DNA of 49,041 bases from Candidatus Micrarchaeota archaeon. Its GTDB lineage: Archaea > Micrarchaeota > Micrarchaeia > Norongarragalinales > SBBD01. This document shows, piece by piece, positions 27,101 to 39,100 of this stretch (its first letter is position 1; each line of letters opens with the position of its first letter). Under the pieces are notes generated by a model. That model was not told the origin of the DNA and searched no databases. It was given only the letters and a program-made list of their open reading frames with translations. Both the position numbers and the translations under genes were made by a program. Location: contig JBBSVW010000009.1 of assembly GCA_038046605.1 (NCBI GenBank), forward strand, positions 4,940 through 53,980, read 5' to 3'.

Positions 27101-30100
27101 GTGAAATTATATGACCCGATGAAAAGCTGCCTTGTGGAATTGAATGGCAATGAGAAGTTGGATGCAGTGCCGTTGGGGAATGTCAATATTGCGGTTGCAT
27201 TCGCTGGCTGGAAATTATCTGTCGCATTTAGCACTAGGGTTGTGTTTGAATAAAGCTCCGTATCATTCGAATCTTCTGATATCATCCTTGGGGGGGTTAT
27301 ATCCCTGTAGAAAATTGCCGAAGCATTCGTAATGTTCTTGGCGAGGAAGACATTTCCGTTTGTAAAGTTGGCTTTTACCGTAATGTTATGGTATGTCGCA
27401 TCAGTAAGTGATGGGGCGGTGCAGTTGAGATTCGTGAAATTGCCGCTTGTGGAATTCGAGAATATGGCGCATGCCGACCCGTCCCCAAATACGCTCCACG
27501 TAGTATTGATGGTTTGGTTTTGCCCGCCGAAAACCAGCCTTGCGGTAATGTTGATGGGATCCCCGGCAAGCACTTGGGAGGGGGCGTAGATCGCATGCAC
27601 ATGCACCTCTACAGTGAACGAATTGAAGGTGATGTTTACAAGCCGCGCAATCGAGCCATTTCCTTCACTTATATTCAAAACACCCATGTATTGGCTGTTT
27701 GAATCAGGTACCGTATAATTTATTGGGACCGCAAAGGATTGGGAGGAATTCAGGTATTTTGATTGATTCAAAAGGTTTGAGAATGAGGTCATGTTTCCGG
27801 TCAAATTGAATGTAAAGTTAAGGAGGGCATCGGAAGTGCCCGAATGGGTTATTTGGGCCTGCGAATTGATTGACGAATCTCCCGCAATCCCATTTATTGT
27901 GATATTGTTAAGGTTTAGGCCCCATGTGTTGTTGTAGGGTATTGTAAGATTTACTACAAATGTGCGGGATATTGCGCCTGCAGTGATGTTTATTGTGAAA
28001 TTCCTAAATCCGGATGACGAATGGTAAAGCGTCGAAATATTGAAACTTATATTCGCGCTTCCAAGGGCGGAGATGTTTCCTTGGGTATTATTGAAATTTA
28101 CGCTGAAATTTGCAAATGGGGTGGAATAAGTGATGTTGTAATTGGTGATGTTGTCATTCCCATTTGGCGAAATTTCCAGCCATTCACTCTGGTTTTGCCC
28201 ATGCTGCAATGAGATGGATTGGTTCGAAATTGAGATTGAAAAGTTGGCATTCTGAAGGGCCGTAATTGTTATATTCTGGCCCCAGATGTGCGCAATTGTG
28301 CCGTTGGGGTTCCTGAAAGAGGCATTTGGCGTGAAATAATAGATCCCATAGGATCTGGGCGCAATTGTGATATTGAATTGAGTGAGATTAATCGAACTGC
28401 CATTGAGGTATGGAATTGTCGGAATGGCATTGAAGCTCCAGTTTGCAAGCGTATCCGTTGCATTCGATGCCCTAGCAAGCATTCCCGACAGGTTTATTGA
28501 ATAAGCAGAAACAAGGCCGGTATTGTTTGTTGAGATGTTCAGGATCAGCGAATAATTGGCGGCATTGGTTATGCCAGAAACATTGGTGGAATTGCCAAGG
28601 AGAAGAAGGCTGGTATTCCCAATCACTTCGAATTGGATTGAGGTTGAATTTAGCTGGCTAGAACGGTCGCGGATGAAGAATGTGGCATTGTAAATTCCAG
28701 TCACATTCGTCATATTGAACGGGTAGGTGTAATTCTGCGCATCAAGGCAAGCGCCGCCGCAAATTTGGGCGGTGTTAAGCGTTTGGTTTGTGGCATTCAA
28801 GGTATTGTTTGTCCCATCGGGCCTTGAAATGTTGAATTGTGCGTAGTCAAGGTTTAGCCCCCAAAGCTCATCATCCGTGGCAATAGCGCTTAGCTTGATT
28901 GTGCCATTGAATTCTACGTAGGTTCGCAGGGCATTCCCAACAAATGTTGCATTTTGGGAGAATTTGGGAGGGGCATTTGTAATATTGAAGAAGAGGATGG
29001 TTGAATTTGACGTGGGCAGAGCCGTGGAATTGGACATGGAAATTTGGACGGCGTAGCCATCCGTTATGTTCGTATCCCCAACGGAAGTTTTCATTATTGT
29101 AAAAGAAGTTGAGGAATTTTTAGGCGCCGAAACGGTTGATGGATTTGCGGGTATGCCCTGGCCAGCTCCGCAGAAATCCTGACCCGATGGGGGGCCGCCA
29201 ATGCAGCTTGCCCTTCCGCCAAAATCGGCATAACCGATTGTGAAGGAATGGTTGGCATTTCCGGTATTATTGATAGTAATCGTGCCAACTACTCCTGATT
29301 CGGAAAGACCAAAGTCCTTTGTTTGGTTGGCACCTGGAAGGAAATGCCATGAGGTGTCTGTTGGCACATGAACTGTTAGGTTTAGGGTGCCATTTGCATT
29401 GTAGCCGGAAATGTTGATGATGCCAGTATAATTGCCAGGCAATTGGCCAAATGGAACGGATACATTAAGGTAAACGGAGTAATTTACCCCTTCGGTGATA
29501 TTTGGAATTGTTGATGGGCTAAGGGATATCCAGTTTTGGGGAATTGTGCCGCTTATGAACGAAACAGTTAGGTTAACAAGCTTGATATTGCCAGTTGAAT
29601 TGATGAGGAACGAAGTGATATTTACCTTGCCATGCCCAGTTGTTAGGTTTAGGAGGGGCTGGATGGAAATGCCTGGAGAAACATTTACCGTGACATTGAT
29701 GTAAGTTGCCCTCCCTTCATTGGAGGTTATCTTGACAAGGGCTGAAAAGATTCCTGCAATGAAGTCAAGCACGTTGATTATTATTTGGAGGACAGCTCCC
29801 GATCCTTCTGAAATCGAAGTCCAGGAAATGGAGGAGGAATTCCAGCCGGATGATGGGGAATTGAACGAAATCCAGGAAGATGGTATTGTGCTATTGATTA
29901 CGGAAACGCTTACATTGGTAATTGGCGCATTGCCGGGGTTGCTTATGGTTGTTGAAATGGATTGGTTATTTGTTAGGGAAATATTGGCAGTGACTGCTGC
30001 TGGTGAGGAGTTGATTTGCGGATTTACCTGGATTTGCAAATCAATGTAAGTGCTTGTGGAATTCTTCCCATTTGTTTGGTCATCGGCGGTTAGATTGATT

Positions 30101-33100
30101 TTGCCAATGTAGGTTGCTGGGGTATAATTGCCTATTAGCACATCAACCTGCAAATCGTATGTAAAGCTAGGGGATTGACCAGGATCAATTAAGGGGGATA
30201 AACTAATCCAGGAAGGGGGAATATTGCCCGCAATTAGGGATGCAGTTATATTGAAAATTTGGATGTTTCCTATGTTTGTCACAGTTACGGTAGTGGAATT
30301 TGTTTGGCTTAGGTTTGAGGAAATGTTGATTATTGATACGCTTGTTGAAAGCGCCGGATTTGATGAAACAATCACGTTGGAGCGGTTTGCAATGGTGTAA
30401 TTTGTCCCATTATTATTGGTCCATGAAGCATTCCAAGTTATTGTGTGCGTTCCGGGGGTAGCACTGCCCGAAATGGATAGATTGAAGGTGGCATTGCAAT
30501 TTCCAAACGGAGATACCATTGGCCCGCAGCTGGAGGAAATCCTTGCAATCGAGGTTATTGACGAGGATTTGGTTGTGAAATTGATGGCTGGGAAGTGCAT
30601 TGTCCCATTTAGCTTGTTTTCAAGGGAAACATTCATTAGAAATATTTGGCCTGATGCGTTCAGGTTTGAAATTGTGCGGTCTGGAACAAGGATGGAGCCA
30701 TTAGTGATTGCCTCCTCGAAATATGAGTAGAAAATTTCAGAGGATGAATCAAGGAATGCAGAAATGTTGGATGCGGTGATGTTTATGGAGTAATTTCCGC
30801 CCCTAAGTTCACTTGGGAATGCAAAGCCGATGGTGCAATTGCCATCCATTGCGATGCAGCTTTTGGTTAGTGTAGCATTGGTGATGCGGTTTGTCAGGTT
30901 GAATGTGGCATTCCCGTTAATGCCGTACATCGCGGTTGCGTTTATTTCATTGAGGAACGCGGTAACCGAACCATTCGAGCCGAATAGAAGGCGGTATTTC
31001 AGGTATCTTGCGGGGGTTCCGTTAATTATCGAGAGGGTGGAATTGGATAGGTTTTCAAATGGGGAGAAGGTGGAATTGTCCGCCGAAACTGCGGCCTGTA
31101 TTGCTAGTGAGGAGTTGATAGGGACTGTTGAATTCCAGCTTATTTTCCAGTGCGCATTCGCATATCCGGCATCAATTGTCCTTTCGAAAATTCCGGAGGC
31201 GAAATAAGAGGTGTTCGAGGACTGGTCGGTGAAATTGAGGCTGACATTGCCGGAATTGATTGTGATATTAGTCCCATTCCCAGATGCAAATTGGATGGCA
31301 TCCGCATCGTTTGTGAAATTGGCAAATGATGTACGGCTAAAAATCACCGTGATGTTGGCAATGCCGTTCTTGGTGTATGTCTGGTTTGCGGAAAGATGGT
31401 TTACGGTTGTGTTCGCCCAGAACTCCAGGAAGAATGTGCCGTTTTGGGCGGAATTGCCGGCGGAATCATTGACTACCAGGGTGTAATTCCAGGCTCCGAG
31501 GGGCTGATTTGTTAGGTTTAGGAAGCAATTGGAGCTAACCCGATCCATCGTCAGGTTGTGGGCGGTTCCATTGTTCCAAACCAAGGTGCAGGTTTCGGGA
31601 TTCGCCTCGGAGAATGTCGCGTTTGCAAACACCCAATCCCCGTAAATTCTGGAATTGTTGGAAGGAGTTGGCAGGACAAATTGAAGCTGTGAGGGCAGCG
31701 CCGTATCCAGCGACACGAAGAAGGTGCCGTTTTGCCCTATGTTGCCCGCGGAATCGTTTACGAATACAGTATAATTCCAATTTCCCTGCGGCTGCGAGGT
31801 AATATTTATTGAGCAATTATTTCCCACTCGGCTGGCCGTAAGGTTGGAATAGCCGCTTGAATTCACCCACTGGACGAAGCAGGAATTGAAGTTGGTTTCG
31901 ATGAACGAATAAGTTATGTTTACCCAGTTGCGGCTGAGGTTGGAGTTATTGGCAGGGGTTGGGGGCAAAATATTCAATGATGAGGGGATGGTTGTGTCAA
32001 CCGTGACAAAGAATGTCCCATTTTGGCCGTAGTTGTTTGTGGTGTCATTCACAATTATAGTATAGTTCCATCTTCCATCGGGCTGATTTGTGAGGTTGTA
32101 ATAGCAGTTCGTGCCCTCCCTGCTCATCGTAATATTCACAAACGAGCCATTGTTCCATTGCAAATTGCAGGTGTGGGGGAATGTTTCGGTGAAAGTTGTG
32201 TTCACGTAAACCCAATTTCTGTTGGTGAAGGATGCATTGGCAAGAGTGGGGGAAACCGTGCGGATATTGGTTGGCGCATTGGAATCTATATTCACGAAAA
32301 AGCTGCGGTTTGAACCCACATTACCCGCAGAGTCGTTCACAAAGAGATCGTAATTCCATTGCCCATCCGGCTGGTTTGTGATGTTTATGGAGCAGTTGTT
32401 TCCGGCTCTGCTCATGGTCAGATTCTGGTAGGTGCCATTGTACCATTGGACCCAGCAGGCGCTTGGATTTAATTCAGTGAATGTGAAGTTGACGTAAATC
32501 CATGTGTTGCTTGTATTCGAGTTATTTGTAAGCGTTGGCGAAATGGGTTGGAGGCTGGATGGGGGGGTGAGGTCAATTGTAATGTAGAATGTCCCATTTG
32601 TTGCCATGTTTCCAGCTGAGTCATTCACAATGATCGTGTAATTGTGGACGCCGTCTGGCTGGAGGGTAACGTTTAGGTAGCAGGAATTCCCGGATCTTAT
32701 CATGGTTAGGTTTTGGAAAGATCCGTTGCCCCATTGCAATAGGCAGTTGTTGGGGTTGGTTTCGGTGAATGTTGCATTCACAAATACCCAGGTGTTGGCA
32801 GTGTAGGAGGCGTTTGCAAGGGTTGGGAAGACGGTCCGTATTGTTGTTGGAACGGCGGTGTCAATTGTTACGTAAAAAGTGCCGTTTTGGGCGAAGTTGC
32901 CGGCGGAATCATTGACAATTATCGTGTAGTTGTGGGTTCCGTCGGGCTGTCGGGTAACATTGAGGTAGCAGCTGTTTCCATCACGGGTCATGGTCAGGTT
33001 TTGGAGCGTGCCGTTGCCCCATGAAAGCAAGCAGTTGCCCGGATTTGTTTCAGTGAATGTGAAATTGACAAAGGTCCAATTGTTTGGGGTGAAGGAGGCA

Positions 33101-36100
33101 TTTGCAAGGGTCGGGGAAACTGTCCGGATGGTTGTTGGAAGTACGGTATCGATAGTTATGTAGAATGTCCCGTTCTGGGCGATATTGCCGGCGGAATCAT
33201 TGACAATTATCGTGTAGTTGTGGGTTCCGTCGGGCTGGGAGGATACGTTGATGTTGCAGTTGTTCCCATCCCGTGTCATTGATAGGTTTTGCAGGGTTCC
33301 ATTGCCCCATTGCAGGATGCAGTTGTTAGGATTGGTTTCCGTGAAGTTGAAACTTATGTTAACCCAGTTGTTGGATGTGTAGGAGGCATTGGCTGGGGTT
33401 GGGGGAACTGTGCGGATGGTTGACGGAAGGGCGGTATCAATAGTCACATAGAATGTCCCGTTCTGGGCGATATTGCCGGCGGAATCATTGACAATTATCG
33501 TGTAGTTGTGGGTTCCGTCGGGCTGGGAGGATACGTTGATGTTGCAGTTGTTCCCATCCCGTGTCATTGATAGGTTTTGCAGGGTTCCATTGCCCCATTG
33601 CAGGATGCAGTTGTTAGGATTGGTTTCCGTGAAGTTGAAACTTATGTTAACCCAGTTGTTGGATGTGTAGGAGGCATTGGCTGGGGTTGGGGGGATTGCA
33701 ATAATATTTGAGGGGGCAAATGTGTCGCGAAGGATCAGGGTCACGATCCTCGAATAATTCACTTCGTGAAGCGAGGTATTGTAGATATCCGAAAATGCGG
33801 CGCTGAAATTATACAGGGTTAGGGTTGTATTCACGGAGTTATTGCCAATGAATTCCGTAACCGCGGAAATAACTGTCAGGCCTTGGCCGTCAGTAGCTAG
33901 ATCGTTGAAATTGGTCGCCCCACTCGTGGAATTGGTTATGTTCACGTATGCTCCTGGAATCGGGTCAAGGGTCGAATTGACGGCCTGGACCTGGATGTAA
34001 TTTTGAATGGTAAGGCTGGCATTGCTTGCAAAACCAATGCGGGACCTGTTGAAGGAGTTGTTCAGGAAGGTATTGCAGCAAATTCTGGATAGGTTTATAT
34101 CATAGCCATTGGGCGCCGGTATGAACACATTGCTTGTGAAATTGTTATCGACGTTATTTGGAAAAGTGCCTGTTGTTGAATAAAAATAAAGGTTTGAAAT
34201 GGTGTTGTTCCTGAATGTGTTGTTTTCAACAGTGTTAGAAATTATTTTATTCCCATTGTCCCCATCAAGTTCAAAGCCGAAATTGGTGTTGTTTTCGAGG
34301 ATATTGTATTTGAACAGGTTGGTGCTTGAGCTGAATTGCGCTCCCAAAACGATGCCTTTGAGGTTCCTGTAAAGGAGGTTATGCGAAACGTTGGAGGAGG
34401 TATAGGCATCAAGCTCAAGGCCATTGTTCACCGTATCCGAGATATTCGAATTGTTCAAGAAAAGCCCAGTAGAGCTTGAAAGGTACAACGCACTTGATAG
34501 GTTCATGAACTCCGAATCCAAAACGGTGATCTTTTGGAAATTATACGAATAAAATCCGGTGCCGGTCCTTTTCCCCTGGATGAACGCACGGGTGATGTTT
34601 CCCGTGTTGCCCGTGTCGAAATAAATGCCGTAGGTTGTGCCCGTTGGGACGTTCCGTATTGAGGAATTGAACAGGTAGAAGAAATTGGAATTGGATCTGG
34701 CTAGAATGCCTATGGAATAGTTGGAAATGGTCGAGAAAATGATGGAGAAGTTTGTGAAGCCGTTGAGGGAAATTGCGGTTCCCGAGGCTGTGCCCGACAA
34801 GGTCACATTTGAGACTATTCCCGCAAACGAGCTGTTGAGGTTGATGCCAGCCGAGCTGTTGAGGATGGTGGAGTTGAAAATTGTCAGGTTGGATGAGTCA
34901 CTAGCAAAGAATGCATAGGTGAAATTGATGAAAGTGGATTGCAGAACCGAAACATTGCTCGATGAGGTTGCGTTTATACCAAAGCCTACGCCCCGTCCAA
35001 TGAAGGTATCGTTTACAAATATGGAATAATTTGAATAGACCAACCGGGTCCCATTGGAGGCATTGTTCTGCTCGGAGTTAGATATTGAGAAATTTACCGA
35101 GGCGTTGAGGTTGATGCTGACTTTGTTGCTTGTGAAGATGGTGTAACCAACGGTCAGGTTGTGGGATTGGCTTGCATTAATCCCAAGGCCCGTGCCGTTG
35201 CCAAAGAATGTGCTTGCTGAAATGTTGGTAAAATTGGAACCGGCCGCCATAAGGCCATTGCCGTTTTGGGAAAGGGTTGTGTTTATCAGAGTAAAGTTAA
35301 TGGATTTACTGACAAGAATGCCGTGCTCGAATTTGCTTATGATGCAGTTCCTGACAAGGACATTGCTTCTTCCTGTGACGTTTATCCCCGCCATTCCTGC
35401 TGCATTGTTTCCGGAAATCGTATAGCCCCTGCAGTCGATTTCAACACTGTCAGCGGTTATGTTCAGGCAGGTGCCAGTTGTGCTTATGGATGCGGATAGG
35501 CTTCCGGACGAGGCAATATTGCCGCAGCCGGCGATAAGAGGGATGATTACGAGTACGGTGTTTGAAGCGTTAACTGGATGGAGGGTCCGATTCGATACAC
35601 CCCCATATGAGGCGCTGAAATTGTAATAGGTCAGGTTCGAAATTGCATTTGTGGAATTGCCTAAATTGCTCCCTATGAATTCGGTCACCAGCACGAATGA
35701 AGTTAGCCCTGATGAATCGGTTACCAATCCCGTATAATTCGTGGCATTCGGGAACTGGCCGTTTGTGATGTTCGCGAGCGCACCGGGTATGGGATTGAAC
35801 AGCTGGTCCACCACCTGAATTCTCAGGTAATTCTGTATCGTGAGGTTGTTGATTCCGGCACCATACGACAGGCGGCTCCTGTCGAAGGTGTTGTTGACGA
35901 AATAATTGCTCTGCGACTTGACAAGCCGGATGTCATTGCCGTTTTGTGAACTTACGAAGATATTGCTTGTAAAATTATTTCCTGTTGAGAAAGGCTCAGA
36001 GCCCGTAGTTGCAATGGATATGAGAAGGTTCTGGGCAGTATTATTCCTGAAAGTATTGTTTTCTACCTCGTTGTACGCCATATAGTCAAAGCTGTTGGTT

Positions 36101-39100
36101 AATTCAAGACCGGTATTGGTGTTGTTTTCAAAGACGGTTGTATAAAACTTGCTGCCGTTTATACCGTTGAATGTTGCGCCCTTGGCATTAGTGTGCAAGG
36201 TTGAATTGATTAGGGTTAAGTTCCGGATATCTGAGCCAGTGATGCCGTTGGAAAAATTGCTTATTACGCAATTCTTTACAACCAAATTAATGTTAGAATT
36301 CAAATTAACCCCGTTTCCGCTCCCTGCGCCCGTAATCGAGTGGCCGTTGCAATCCAGGGATACCGAATTCTGCCCGAAAACAAAGCAATTGCCGCTTGCA
36401 ACGACATCAGAGACCAAAGTCGTCGGAGAGGAAATGGTTGAGCAACCGGTGGCTGGGATTACTAGGAGGACGGATTTGCTTTCATTGACCGAAGCGAGCG
36501 TGGAATTTACAATTCCGCCATATGAGCCGCTAATATTGTAGTATGTTAGAGTCGTGTTCACGGTATTGTTTCCGATGAATTCCGCCACAGCCTCAAAGTC
36601 AGTCAAGCCTTCAGTGCCTGTGACCAAGCCTGTGAAGTTGGTCGCACCGAGAGTGGAATTTGTAATATTGACAAGGGCGCCCTGCAAAGGAAAGCCATTT
36701 TGGCCCGTAACATTTGCACGGATGTAATTTTGAAGCGTAAGGTTGTTGATCACGCCGTTTGCTGTGGAGTAACCCAAAAGGCTCCTGTTGAAAGTATTGT
36801 TTAGGAAGGTATTGCTTTGCGAGCCGGAAATATTGATGTCGTAGCCTAAGGGGGATGCATAAAAGATGTTGTTTGTGAAGTTGTTCCCAGAAACGGTAGG
36901 TGCAGTGGCGATGCTGCCGCTCACTATCAGGTTGGTTGGGCTATTGTTCCTGAAGGTATTGTTTTCAATTAGGTTGAATTGGGCAGACGTGAAAGGGGCC
37001 GTTATTTCAACACCTATGCCCGTATTATTCTCGAAAATATTTGAATATATTTTAATGTAATTACCGGTACTAATTCGCAGCCCGAGAGAATTGCCATAGA
37101 AGAAGTTGGATTTAACTAGGCCGTACGACCCGGTTATAAGCAAGCCGTTTGTGCTATTCGATATATTCGTTGTTAGTAAATTGAAACCACTAAATGAATC
37201 TTCCGTTATCCCCGTAGAGAAATTGGCTATCGAGGAATTCTGAACAGTCATGTTTTCAAAACTAGCGAGGGAGATGGCGGTTCCAGCCCTCGGGCTGTTC
37301 AGAAAAGTACTGCTATCTATGAGGCCGTCGCTAGCGCTATCCAGGGAAATTGCCGTAGTAGTGTTTGAAAAGTTTGTATTCCGAATAGATATATTACTTG
37401 AACCAGTGCCGGAAAATCCAGTTGTGTAATTGGCAATGGAGGAGTTCTGAAGAGTGAGGTTGTCGAATATATTTAGGGAGATGGCGGTTCCGGTTTTGAT
37501 GTAATTCCTTATTGTTGTATTTAAGAGGGATGCAATCTGGCCGTTCTGTAAATCCAAGCTGGTAGTGCCGTTAGTGAAGACGGTATGCAGAATTGTCAAG
37601 TTGTTTGAACCGTTTAAATATGCGCAAGTTGGGCAGGAATAGAAATATGAACTCCGGATTGTCAAGTTGCTTGAGTTTGTGGCGTTCAGGCCTAATCCCG
37701 AGCCATTGCCGTAAAAGGAGTTCGAGGAAATGTTTGCGAAGGGGGAATTGGCCAATCGAAGGTCATTAGGGCTTTTGTATATCGTCGTATTTATAAGCGT
37801 GAAATTGAGTGAATTATTTACAAAAATGCCGTCGCTGAAATTCGAGATGATGCAGTTCTTGACGGTGACGTTGCTCTTGCCGGTCACGTTCACGCCCATA
37901 CCGGATCCATTCCCAATAACTGCGTTGCCGCCGCAGTCCAGCACGATGTTGTTGCTGAGGATGTTGTAACAATTCCCAGTGGCATTCGCAGGGTACCCTA
38001 GAGTGAAGCTGCTGGTGAGGTTTTCGCAGGTGCCCACGGTTTCATTGTAGAAATCCATGAAGGTGTCTGAACGATTGTAAAATAGCTCGAAATCTACAGA
38101 AAATGAGCATGATTCTGTAACAAGCAAGAACCGCGTACCGATCCTTTCGCCAGGCAGCAGAGTAGTGTTTTCGCTTCGAGGAATAGTAACATTGACTGCC
38201 TTGGTTTCGCCAGCGGATAGGCAATTAAAATTAGTACCTAAATTCGCCGTGGATATCGTAAGATACGATCCGGATTGATTGTACTTCATTATTTCTGCAT
38301 AAACGGTATATGACCCCGCAACGCCACTTCCCTGACCAAGGCGCGCCGAGACCCTGTAAATACCGCTTACATAAGTCTTTTCCCCAAAACTTGTTACATT
38401 GAAATGTGGCGAATACCAACTTGTCGAAAAATATGTGCCATCACTGATTACAACTGATTCATTATATAACGCGGTATCTTCTCCGGGCGATGTCACATTT
38501 AGTCTTTTTCTAAAACCGCTTAAGTCGGAAGTCAGATTAGAAAAATACCAACGAAGAAGGGATGCGTAATTGTTCGCATATGCAACGGCATCCCCAAACC
38601 GGAATTCCAAACGGTGCTTTCCCAATGTGTGAACTATGCTCTCCTCGCTTCCCTCAAATACGCAGGAATAATTATCCATGAAAACTGAAGTGCCGTTAAA
38701 TGTTGGCGAGAGGTCGGTTTCCCCGCATTTAAGGAACTTAAATTCCAAATCCGTACCAAAGGATGTATTGTCTATGGCAGTTATTGTTAGGGGTGCAGAG
38801 CCGTTAGTCGTAAACCTAACAGTCCAGTTGCTCCCAACGACAGGGAAACTTTGCAAATTTAATATTGTGATATTGGCGCCGGCATAGCCGGAGAAATGAT
38901 CGACTGAAAATGTTACAGATCCATCCGATTCAATGAAGGGAGTTTCCGATATATGCCAATTGGAGCATTCGCCGGTGATTCCATCAATTCCCTCGCAGAT
39001 TAAGATTTTTTCCGTTTTGGAGGAGGAAGGGAGTATGATTTGCGCCTCATCGAATTCGAGTGGTTCAAAACCAATGAAATCCGTTGTGAGGGCTGCAACC

